Below, one piece after another: positions 8,608-16,492 of a DNA stretch of 32,000 nucleotides. Source of the stretch: Erysipelothrix inopinata (GTDB taxonomy: Bacteria > Bacillota_I > Bacilli_A > Erysipelotrichales > Erysipelotrichaceae); contig NZ_CP060715.1 of assembly GCF_014396165.1 (NCBI RefSeq), forward strand, positions 2,070,001 to 2,102,000, written 5' to 3'. Under the pieces are notes generated by a model. That model was not told where the DNA came from and did not search any database. It saw only the letters and a program-made list of their open reading frames with translations. How positions within the stretch are numbered: position 1 is the first letter of the stretch; every line of letters begins with the position of its first letter. The position numbers and the translations under genes were made by a program.

Positions 8608-11600
8608 TTAATCAATGTTTTTCTTATTTCTTTTTTCTAAAAGTAGTAAACCTAATCCACTTATAATTAATGCTGATGTAACCATCATGAGATAATTCGA
8701 AACTCCTGTATTAGGAAGAACTATTCCTTTAGAGTTTTTCTCCCATTGTGCATATAAATTTGTATCTTCGATAATGTTGAAGGTTGAAGCTACATCATAA
8801 TTGATGCCTGATCCATCTGCTTTAGTATTCCAACCCATAAATTTATATCCATCGTTAACTAATGTGTTTTCATCAAATACAGTTACTGTTGCATTGACAT
8901 CATATTTACTATTGTCTGTAGGAACCACACCTGATGTATTACCATTTCCATGATAGGTTACAGTATATTTCAGCGCCACTAGTTCAAGTTCCCATTGTGC
9001 GTATAAATCTGTGTCCTCTGTAATGGTAAAGATTGATCCTACATCATATTTTGTTCCTGATCCGTCTACTTGAGTATTCCATCCCATAAACTTATAGCCT
9101 TCTTTAACTAGATTATTTTTATCGAGTACTGTGACTAATGCATTTTCATCGTATTCAGTACCATCTACAGGAACGAGGCCTGATGTATTACCGTTTCCGT
9201 AATAGGTAACAGTATATTTCAGTGCTACTGGTTCAAGTTCCCATTGTGCGTATAAATCTGTGTCCTCTGTAATGATAAAGATTGATCCTACATCATATTT
9301 TGTTCCTGATCCGTCTACTTGAGTATTCCATCCCATAAACTTATAGCCTTCTTTAACTAGATTATTTTTATCGAGTACAGTAACTAATGCATTTTCATCG
9401 TATTCAGTACCGTCTACTGGAACGAGACCTGATGTATTTCCATTTCCATAATAGGTAACAGTATATTTCAGCGCTACTGGTTGAAGTTCCCATTGTGCGT
9501 ATAAATCTGTGTCCTCTGTAATGTTGAAAGTTGAGTCCACACCATAATTGATGCCCAATCCATCTACTTTAGTATTCCAACCCATGAATTTATATCCATC
9601 TTTAACTAACGTACTTTCATTAAGTACAGTTACTGTTTCATTGACATCATATTCACCGCTATCTGTAGGAACTGCCCCTGATGTATTACCATTTCCATGG
9701 TATGTTACAGTATATTTATCGGAAACAGGTGCCCAAACCGCGTATACTTTTGGGGTTGATCGTGTAAGTTTAACTTCCGTCACTATTTGATCGACTGAAC
9801 GACTATTATCTTGTTCACGTGACCATCCAACAAAAGTATATCCTTCCCGAGTCAATTCTAAATCACTGTTATTAAGTACTGGAACAGTTTTCTCTAAATA
9901 TCCAACTTGGTAATAATTAGTGATTAAACCTTCCTCGTTTGTTGTATAAAATTCAGTTCCATCATACTCCCCAAGTGGTGATAAATTGAATTCTCCACCA
10001 TTTGCATCATATTGTATTGAAGCAATTTGGATTGATCCGTGATCTTTATCACGTGGTAATCCTCTTTGACCGATACTTCCTAATTCAGCATTCCCTTTAT
10101 AGGTATTATCTGCGATACTACCAGGTCTTATCATTACAGTTGGTATTACTTCATTATCAGTTCCTGCATGGATGTGTGATTCGTTAAATGCTAGCTTTAG
10201 TTGTGTAACTCCTAACACCTCATATAGAGCATCGTCAATCGTTGGATCATTAGAAATATTAATTACATTTCTATTTCCTAAATCGATGGAAGTACTATTA
10301 CTCACATCTTTATACATGCTTTGTTCATTAATACTTCCGTTAGCATCAAAGACCTGATTAGCTACAAAAATATTTGCATCTAACGCTACACTTGGAGCTA
10401 GTAAAGAACTTTGACTTAAGCCGATTGCACCACCTTGTTGATCCTTATCGGAAGATTCATCACCACTTTGGTTTGATACAAAAGTTGAGGTTTTAACCGT
10501 ATTACTTGAAGTTGATTTTGAACCCCCTCGATAATATTGAATTGCACCACCTGACTTATCTCCACCACTCTTTCCTCTTGCAACATTTTCTACAAAAGTT
10601 GAGTTAGTAATTGAAGTTTTCAGTTTTCCTTTACCACTTGATTCGAACAATACTGCGCCACCATCATCGTTCGCTTCATTTCTTATAAATGAAGTACCAT
10701 TGATATCAACGATTCCATCACCATTATACACACGAACATAAATTGCACCACCATCGTCTGCCGCACTTGTTGGTGATGTAACATCTCCCAACGCTTTATT
10801 TTCTTCAAAGATAGACTGATTAATAATTATTGAACCAAATAAATCATTGATTGTAATGGCTCCGCCACTTCCACCAAGAAGACCTGTATTCTTAGTTGTA
10901 TTGACGTTATTTCTAAATACTGAGTTTTCTATGATCATCGTTTTACGGTAATTTTTTGATGAAATAGCACCTGCTTCATATCCGTATCCAGAACCGTGAT
11001 TATTCTCAATAGTTGAATTAGAAATCGTTAATGGAGCATTTTCATTAACTTTAATAGCAGATGCATTACCTACACCCTTGTTATTAAAAATGTGCATTCT
11101 ATCTAAATGTGAATCGACACCAATATATATTACAGAGTTTCCAGAATTATATACTGAAGAATTTTTAAAGATTAATGAACCAGATGTTCTACTATCTTCA
11201 AATAAGTATCCATTTCTACCTTGCCCATCAATATTAATATTTTTGATTGTTAGCGTACTTTCCTTGTTTCCTATTATCTTAATGTTTCCTGAATTCCATA
11301 CCACACCGTTTCCATTAATTGTAAAAGATACATCAGGAACGGTAATAGTGATTGGTTCAGAAACAAAATCAGGTGCGAGAATTAATTCTTGTCCTTCTTC
11401 TACTATTTCAATTGCAGCTAAAAGCTCTCCCACATTAGAAATCGAACTAATATTAACCTTATCATCTTGGACTTGACCCTCAATATTCAACTCAGTCGAA
11501 TTATCACTAACATCTCCTTTATTTGAAATTAAATTATCTGACATATCAGATTCATTATTTGTAATTTCCGAAGTATTATCTTTTTCTATAATTTCATCTA

Positions 11601-11850
11601 TCGATTCTACTGGGACTTCTAGATCAGTAGAATCTGATTCATTACTCATTTCATCTTTTTCAATTTGCTCTGTTTTTTCATTTTTTTCATCATCAGGTAA
11701 ATTTAAATCTTTGTCTTCGTTTACATCATTCTTATTTTGACTAATATTTGCACTTTCTTCTATAGTGTTCTCCTGCGCATGTGCATTTGCATAAGGAACA
11801 GATAGCGATACGATTCCAACAGCAAGCAGTGTTATGATTGTTTTTTTCAT
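8608..11850 (-). CDS. LPXTG-anchored surface protein: signal peptide, acidic linker, Pmp-type (GGAI/FxxN) parallel beta-helix region, 5 Listeria-Bacteroides (Flg_new) repeats, LPNTG sorting signal.
   Basis: The likely start is the ATG at 11850, with AAGAGGG 7 nt upstream; the track ORF begins 6 nt earlier at a TTG. Signal peptide MKKTIITLLAVGIVSLSVPYANA. Recurrent GGAI motifs (GGSGGAITIN, DDGGAIYV, DDGGAVLF, KSGGAIQYY, QQGGAIGLS) alternate with FxxN motifs (FRNNVN, FEENKA, FIRNEA, FVENVA, FVSNQS, FVANQV). Repeats YTVTYxGNGNTSGxVPxD..Y..N..VTVL....LVK.GYKFMGWNT..DGSG..Y...S.F.ITEDTDLYAQW. C-terminus is LPNTG, a hydrophobic segment, then KRNKKN. Confidence 0.9.
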   Translation of the reverse strand: MKKTIITLLAVGIVSLSVPYANAHAQENTIEESANISQNKNDVNEDKDLNLPDDEKNEKTEQIEKDEMSNESDSTDLEVPVESIDEIIEKDNTSEITNNESDMSDNLISNKGDVSDNSTELNIEGQVQDDKVNISSISNVGELLAAIEIVEEGQELILAPDFVSEPITITVPDVSFTINGNGVVWNSGNIKIIGNKESTLTIKNINIDGQGRNGYLFEDSRTSGSLIFKNSSVYNSGNSVIYIGVDSHLDRMHIFNNKGVGNASAIKVNENAPLTISNSTIENNHGSGYGYEAGAISSKNYRKTMIIENSVFRNNVNTTKNTGLLGGSGGAITINDLFGSIIINQSIFEENKALGDVTSPTSAADDGGAIYVRVYNGDGIVDINGTSFIRNEANDDGGAVLFESSGKGKLKTSITNSTFVENVARGKSGGDKSGGAIQYYRGGSKSTSSNTVKTSTFVSNQSGDESSDKDQQGGAIGLSQSSLLAPSVALDANIFVANQVFDANGSINEQSMYKDVSNSTSIDLGNRNVINISNDPTIDDALYEVLGVTQLKLAFNESHIHAGTDNEVIPTVMIRPGSIADNTYKGNAELGSIGQRGLPRDKDHGSIQIASIQYDANGGEFNLSPLGEYDGTEFYTTNEEGLITNYYQVGYLEKTVPVLNNSDLELTREGYTFVGWSREQDNSRSVDQIVTEVKLTRSTPKVYAVWAPVSDKYTVTYHGNGNTSGAVPTDSGEYDVNETVTVLNESTLVKDGYKFMGWNTKVDGLGINYGVDSTFNITEDTDLYAQWELQPVALKYTVTYYGNGNTSGLVPVDGTEYDENALVTVLDKNNLVKEGYKFMGWNTQVDGSGTKYDVGSIFIITEDTDLYAQWELEPVALKYTVTYYGNGNTSGLVPVDGTEYDENALVTVLDKNNLVKEGYKFMGWNTQVDGSGTKYDVGSIFTITEDTDLYAQWELELVALKYTVTYHGNGNTSGVVPTDNSKYDVNATVTVFDENTLVNDGYKFMGWNTKADGSGINYDVASTFNIIEDTNLYAQWEKNSKGIVLPNTGVSNYLMMVTSALIISGLGLLLLEKRNKKNID
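8740..9725. repeat. 249-bp (83-aa) tandem repeats encoding Listeria-Bacteroides repeat domains; the two central copies are almost identical.
   Basis: cccattgtgc recurs at 8991, 9240 and 9489 (249-bp spacing). The central copies differ by one residue at protein level (IFIITED versus IFTITED). Confidence 0.85.
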
Positions 11851-11974
11851 AATCAAACCCTCTTTCTTGCCTTCATTCTACAATTTCTGTCTTTTTAAGA
11901 TGAGTGTGATTGTATAAAACATAAAATAAATGTTACCAATAATTCCAGGCAAATATCTATAAAAATATACTTCT

Positions 11975-12008
11975 AAAAACAAAAACTCCAATTATTAAAA
12001 TTAGAGTT
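11975..12008 (-). terminator. Candidate intrinsic terminator about 150 nt downstream of the small membrane protein gene.
   Basis: On the minus strand: AACTCTAATT, loop ttaat, AATTGGAGTT (one mismatch), then TTTTGTTTTT. Confidence 0.45.
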
Positions 12009-12161
12009 CACTAGTTAGATATTTCCCATTTCCCAAAGTAACATCTAAAATATTTTATTCAATTTGATGCCGAAGCGAAGCTCATTTTTAATAATTAAAA
12101 AAACTGAGATTCATTTAGATAAGAATAATAATCGGATTGAATAAATTTTCTAAACCGGTAA

Positions 12162-12573
12162 TTACTTCTCTACTTTAGGAGCATTCCTTTTATCACTTCT
12201 TGATTTAAAAAAGGAAAATAATAAAAATGCAATCCAGTTTGACGCTAAAATAACTTGAAGTATAAACACGATGTGAAGAATATTTACATTTGGAAATTGT
12301 ATTACTACTAACAAAAATATACTAATGAAACAATAATATATTAATTGATAAAAAATTGTAGTTCCTACTGGGCTGGTTTCCGATGGATCCAATACTGAGT
12401 TTAATACATAGAGAAGTATCAAATTATAGAGGTTAGCAAAAGGAGCAAACATAAAAAGTGCAAAGATTGTAAAATCTACTTCACTAACAGTTGAGAAGTA
12501 TTTAAAGTAAATCAGAATTGGTATAAGATATAATACAAATGTTCGTTTGATATACCGAAAAAAATATTTTCAT
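12162..12573 (-). pseudogene. Small polytopic membrane protein gene whose frame is broken in an A7/T7 run. An SD plus ATG sits at 12573; the long ORF 12162-12452 is in another frame.
   Basis: ATG at 12573-12571 follows cggagggg. ATG AAA ATA TTT TTT then runs into a stop after 23 codons. The frame of the 96-aa ORF is open back to the T7 run (plus-strand A7 at 12558-12564) but has no ATG, GTG or TTG before 12452, and no SD at 12452. A 1-nt change in the run gives one hydrophobic protein of about 137 aa: MKIFF(F)RYIKRTFVLYLIPILIYFKYF... Confidence 0.5.
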
Positions 12574-12656
12574 GCGTTTAGATTCCCCTCCGAATATACT
12601 AATTGTATGCTATTCAACAAGCCTACTTCAAGTTTCAGTGATTACTATTCATAAAT

Positions 12657-12677
12657 GTATCCCCATGGTATCCCCAT
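12657..12677. promoter_or_regulatory. Tandem direct repeat gtatccccat(g)gtatccccat with 11-bp period, upstream of the membrane protein gene promoter; candidate regulator binding site.
   Basis: gtatccccat at 12657-12666 and at 12668-12677. It lies about 25 nt upstream (minus-strand sense) of a TTGAAG-18 nt-TACAAT promoter-like element that precedes the ATG at 12573. Confidence 0.3.
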
Positions 12678-12693
12678 CGAAAAAAAACGCATC

Positions 12694-12799
12694 AAAAAAA
12701 CCCACTGATATGTGGGTTGATTTCTTATTGGTGCCCCAACACGGTCAAAGTCGAACTTTGAATTGAGGACTCGATCCATATGCAATGGATCATATCTGT
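12694..12799 (-). ncRNA. Candidate orphan small transcript (about 100 nt) with its own promoter and terminator; identity unknown. It contains a tRNA-like 3' tail and a possible 22-codon ORF.
   Basis: Minus-strand transcript: ..cagatatgatccattgcatatggatcgagtcctcaattcaaagttcgactttgaccgtgttggggcaccaataagaaatcaacccacatatcagtgggttttttt. Hairpins: GATCCAT/ATGGATC, CAAAG/CTTTG, and terminator AACCCAC-atatca-GTGGGTT followed by T7. The ORF ATG 12793 to TAA 12725 (MIHCIWIESSIQSSTLTVLGHQ) has no Shine-Dalgarno. Confidence 0.3.
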
Positions 12800-12805
12800 A
12801 ATAAT

Positions 12806-12833
12806 ATTATACCATGTATTTATCCTAATACAA
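12806..12833 (-). promoter_or_regulatory. Sigma-A-type promoter with an extended -10 box for the orphan small transcript.
   Basis: Minus strand reads TTGTAT (12833-12828), 16 nt, then TGgTATAAT (-10 hexamer at 12811-12806). Confidence 0.4.
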
Positions 12834-13149
12834 CCATTAGATTATTTTTCATCAATCACCACTGAATTATTATTGTTATTGCCGTTTTTCATATGAAACA
12901 GCAATAAGTCTTATCATAGAAGCAAAGCCTATCTACGATTGAGCATTAAGCTAAACTGAGTATTAATCTCGGTTATTCAAGATACTTGATCCATAATTAC
13001 TTTTCTAAAAAACAGATGAATCATAAGAAAAAAAGAAACTCTATAAACTGTATCTCTCCGGTACTCCTATTAAATTAGAGATTAAGTGACCACTTGGATG
13101 TTTAGTACGTGACAACAGAATGTAAATCAGTTGCATTATCTCATGATAA

Positions 13150-13640
13150 TTAGTTTTATCAGTGCATAGCTATTGACAAGCACAAGACTAATTTTTATAT
13201 ACTACCATGATAAGCAAATTGCTTTCAACTACCACGATATTATTTAACGGAAAATTATGTGTTATTAATACCAGACACAGTTAATTCAAAATGAGAATAG
13301 TACTGAGCACGTTTCCTTTATGAAACTATTCAGACTACATCTCCTTGATCGACCGTGTTATTTATTTGGAATATGACATCAAATTACATGACAAGGAAAA
13401 ACACGACATAATAGCAATATATCGAGAAATCTTTGTAACGATAAAGAAAGCTATTTTAGTTGATTTAAGTTTTATTTACTTGGTGTTTTTCGTTTTTGTA
13501 GAACTGAACCATTTGTCTTTTAAAATCCTCAGTATACTCTCGTCGTTATCTTCGTGTCATTGTGTAATCTCTTGCTTTTCTTGAGTTTCCCACGGACTCC
13601 TTATCCTTTTGTGTCCACTAGAGTGTCACACATCCAACGC
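13150..13640 (-). pseudogene. Degenerate, internally deleted IS3-family insertion sequence remnant (orfA and orfB fragments with stops).
   Basis: Minus strand from about 13562 reads ATG ACA CGA AGA TAA.. = MTRR*RREYTEDFKRQMVQFYKNEKHQVNKT*, which resembles the IS3-family OrfA N-terminus (RRxYxxEFKxQxVQLYxxGK). Around 13250-13190 the peptide PLNNIVVESNLL resembles the OrfB C-terminal DNAxxESFF motif. TGTGTGACACTCTAGTGGACAC at about 13640-13619 is a plausible TG-initiated terminal repeat. Multiple in-frame stops; only about 0.5 kb of an expected 1.2-1.5 kb element is recognisable. Confidence 0.45.
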
Positions 13641-13823
13641 TCATACTTTGCCATCATAAAATACCAAGGTTTATGTGCTGACCTACGATTACTTAAACAG
13701 AAAATTTGAGGACACTGATGACTTAATAAAGTAATTAAGAAAAGAGTATTCGTGTGTTGTTTACTTTTGGATTTTATAGGAAGAGTATTGCTTATTAATA
13801 ACAGGATATTACCATTGTAAATA

Positions 13824-13858
13824 CAAAAAGCTCCGCCATAATTTAATATGATGGAGCC
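13824..13858 (-). terminator. Candidate terminator downstream of the 251-aa secreted protein gene.
   Basis: On the minus strand: GCTCCATCAT, loop attaaatt, ATGGCGGAGC, then TTTTTG. The stem has one mismatch and one wobble pair. Confidence 0.4.
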
Positions 13859-14009
13859 GCAACTCAAAAATAATATTGAAGTTCACCAACATTAGATTTT
13901 TACGATGCCTGAAATAATCTTCTAAAATGAGGCTACTTCTGAATTTTGTCGGAATAATTTCACTCAAATTTAACGATAGTACCAGTTATAGGCAATTATC
14001 GATAATAAC

Positions 14010-14765
14010 TTATCTCATAATTTGTACATTCGCTCTAACTTTGAATGGTGTTATACACCCCATAGCCTGTGCATTTGCCATAGCGTTAACAGCTATTCCC
14101 TGTATTGCTGGATATGAAGTGTCATAAGTGTAGTCATATACGTCAGAAATAATAAGCTCTCCATAAACGGATGCTGGTTTGTACGAAAACTTATTTATCG
14201 AATAATATAAGTCTCCTGATGTAAATCGACTACTTCCGGCAATTGGCCACTTTCCTTTAACGGATGACCACCAAGATGTAGCTCTAATTTTATTTACGTT
14301 TCCACTTCCAAGATAATACACATTATTACTTGATGTATTTTTTGAAGCATAAACTAACAAGTCAGCAGATAGAGTATATCCATTATTTCTGAACCAAGTA
14401 ACAATAGCAGCAACATTAATATTATGTCCTACACATCTACTGGTTATGACGGATCTACTATCTTGTCTACTAACCAAATTTGATTGTTGATTAATCATCT
14501 CAGTAACTGATTCTACCTGAATTTGGAGTTGGTTGATAATTATTGGATCTGTTTCATCTATAAGTCGTTGATTGTACTCATCTCTAAGATTCTCTAGAGT
14601 AGTTAAAACATCTTCTTTTGTAATTTCCGCTTCACCCATCTCCTTCAAAATAGCAACGGTTTCATCAGCAACTGTACTTTCATTGTCTGCGAAAGTAGGT
14701 GTTGAAAGCAAAGTAAAACTTATAAACAGTGAAAAGACTAATATCGAAAGTTTTCTTTTTTTCAT
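14010..14765 (-). CDS. Secreted protein of unknown function (251 aa): signal peptide, acidic helical N-terminal segment, aromatic/Ser-Gly-rich C-terminal domain with two Cys.
   Basis: GGAGGG Shine-Dalgarno (ctaggagggcattttATG). Signal peptide MKKRKLSILVFSLFISFTLLSTPTFA/DN. No catalytic motif or family that I can name with confidence. Confidence 0.7.
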   Translation of the reverse strand: MKKRKLSILVFSLFISFTLLSTPTFADNESTVADETVAILKEMGEAEITKEDVLTTLENLRDEYNQRLIDETDPIIINQLQIQVESVTEMINQQSNLVSRQDSRSVITSRCVGHNINVAAIVTWFRNNGYTLSADLLVYASKNTSSNNVYYLGSGNVNKIRATSWWSSVKGKWPIAGSSRFTSGDLYYSINKFSYKPASVYGELIISDVYDYTYDTSYPAIQGIAVNAMANAQAMGCITPFKVRANVQIMR

Positions 14766-14829
14766 AAAATGCCCTCCTAGTGTACCTCAGTTAATTCCTT
14801 TTGTTTTTAAGTGGGCTTTACACTCCTTT

Positions 14830-15288
14830 CTATCCGCCCTTTTTACTATCATAACTAAAGACAGCGATTTTTCCGTTCCCCATAAAAAAGTAATATTCAA
14901 GCTTATAGTCCTCTTGTGAGCTTAACGTAAAGATTGAAAAATACATAAAGTCCCCTGATTCAATCCGCTTATATGCATCAAGATCAGAGAATGAAGAAAA
15001 ATTCTCTATAAAGTATGTTTTATCGAAGTTTTGAGATGGTTGGGGCTTCCAAGTGTCAGACAACTCTTGATAATCATAATCATCAAGTAATATTAGACTA
15101 TAATAATCAGAGTTGTCTAAGAACCCTTTATTTTTTTTCGACTCAATTACCTCAAAATTAAAATGGATACGTTTTTCAATTATTTTAAAATTGGTATCTT
15201 CAGCAGAGAAATAAAACCATAAAAATACTCCTATTAAAATTAGACTTGTTAAAATTAGACTTGTTATAATTAATTTAGCCTTTTTCAT
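14830..15288 (-). CDS. N-terminally membrane-anchored protein of unknown function (152 aa).
   Basis: MKKAKLIITSLILTSLILIGVFLWFYF is a TM anchor or uncleaved signal, followed by an acidic, Tyr/Phe-rich domain. Same orientation as the flanking genes, 64 nt upstream of the 251-aa gene. Confidence 0.65.
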   Translation of the reverse strand: MKKAKLIITSLILTSLILIGVFLWFYFSAEDTNFKIIEKRIHFNFEVIESKKNKGFLDNSDYYSLILLDDYDYQELSDTWKPQPSQNFDKTYFIENFSSFSDLDAYKRIESGDFMYFSIFTLSSQEDYKLEYYFFMGNGKIAVFSYDSKKGG

Positions 15289-15573
15289 AGTTACCTCACA
15301 TTTAGTTTTATGATTATATTCTTTAAATTATTTGCGGTAAGAAACTGACATAATCAATCTTCTTTTCTATCTTTAGATTAACATGGTACTCTGATTATTT
15401 CAATTGAAATGAATTGTGTATACGCTACTACTTAACTAAAAGTACTGTAGACAGGATTATTATTGTTATAGTCGGAATTTATCGATATAAGAAGTATAAT
15501 TTTCATTCAAATATATAAACGGATGAATAAATACCCTGTTTTTTCATCATAATTTATCATATTAAGTGCAACA

Positions 15574-16251
15574 CTATTCAATAGAATTAGCCACTATCGT
15601 TTTACGACTAGGAAAACTTGGATTTATTACCAGTTCAAAATTATTATTGTTTAGCTCATAATAGTCTCTAAAATAGAGTGGAATTCCATTTTCAGAAAAA
15701 AAATCCAAATTACTAGTAGCTTGAATGTGGATATGCGGTTGTATTGAATTACCTGAATTTCCACATTCACCAATTTTTTCTCCAATTTTTACTTTTTGGC
15801 CTTTTTCTAAAGTAATCGTATTATTCTTAATATGTACAATACAAATGAATCCATCTGAATCACTATTCTTGATAATTACGTAATTCCCCGCGATTTTTGT
15901 AACCCCATTTTTAATTCGCTGACCTTGTTTTAATAGATATGGTATTCCAGTAAACAGTGATCTTCTTACTACATTATCGCTTTCTCCGTTATGCACCTCT
16001 ACTATACATCCATCAACAGGCGACAATATATCCTCACCAAAGGCGTAAAAATCTTCAGGATTTTCCTTATACAATAGACTTCGCCAATTATAGCTCTTAC
16101 TTACACGTTTTTTATCGTTAACTTTTACAAAATCATAAGCATAGCCTACCCCAAAGTTGAAAGTTCCGTGACTAGGAACTTTATAGGCTGGTGTTGCTGT
16201 TGCTATCCATTTTCCACTAAATGGAAGTTTCCCTGTAATAGAATTTATCAT
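15574..16251 (-). CDS. M23-family (LytM/lysostaphin-type) zinc metallopeptidase with no detectable signal peptide.
   Basis: HxxxD-type motif region PSHGTFNFGVGYAYDF and the HxH motif GNSGNSIQPHIHIQ, with GNYVIIK..IVHIK between them. The preferred start is the ATG at 16251, which has an AAGAGGA Shine-Dalgarno 7 nt upstream. The track ORF extends to 16362 but has no SD there. Confidence 0.8.
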   Translation of the reverse strand: MINSITGKLPFSGKWIATATPAYKVPSHGTFNFGVGYAYDFVKVNDKKRVSKSYNWRSLLYKENPEDFYAFGEDILSPVDGCIVEVHNGESDNVVRRSLFTGIPYLLKQGQRIKNGVTKIAGNYVIIKNSDSDGFICIVHIKNNTITLEKGQKVKIGEKIGECGNSGNSIQPHIHIQATSNLDFFSENGIPLYFRDYYELNNNNFELVINPSFPSRKTIVANSIE

Positions 16252-16454
16252 AATTGAATCCTCTTTACTCTCTATGAGTAATCGTATCATTTTACACACG
16301 TATTTGATACTAACTAAATATTTTTCTGATAGAATGATAATTAAAAAAAATGATATGTTCATTTATTATTGTAATTTCTAGTGACTATAACAAATAACTT
16401 GACTCTATTTAAATATTAAGTTCTTTTGGGTACTTTGGTTAATAATCAAAACAT

Positions 16455-16480
16455 AAAAAAACCTACTAATTAGTAGGTTA
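16455..16480 (-). terminator. Intrinsic terminator immediately 3' of tRNA-Leu.
   Basis: 20-nt perfect palindrome aacctactaattagtaggtt (16461-16480), followed on the minus strand by TTTTT. Confidence 0.8.
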
Positions 16481-16492
16481 AGTATTAATTTT

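Noticed and set aside
11841-11847. A7 run directly after the start codon of the 1,080-aa surface protein (ATGAAAAAAAC) as a phase-variation tract.
   Set aside because: Lys-rich signal-peptide n-regions generate such runs routinely in AT-rich genomes. The gene is intact, and there is no evidence of length heterogeneity from a single sequence.
12715-12745. T-box-like string on the plus strand (attggtgcccc..cgg).
   Set aside because: It is only a loose resemblance to the GGUGGUACCGCG core. There is no specifier-loop architecture, no following T-rich terminator on the plus strand, and no downstream plus-strand gene.
12725-12800. A bona fide tRNA (ends in CACCA, with an anticodon-arm-like ATCCA-TTGCATA-TGGAT hairpin) or the tmRNA 3' end.
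   Set aside because: There is no complementary 5' acceptor strand (GCCCCAA) upstream. The T-arm candidates do not abut a 7-nt acceptor strand. Position 37 would be a pyrimidine. The acceptor lacks the GGGG.../...CCCCACCA form and G3:U70 expected for tmRNA. It is kept only as a tRNA-like relic or unknown RNA.
13345-13867. ORFs 13345-13584 (+) and 13601-13867 (-).
   Set aside because: They have no Shine-Dalgarno and low-complexity, odd composition. They overlap or abut the IS3 remnant and its terminal repeat, so they are most likely chance ORFs in decayed DNA.
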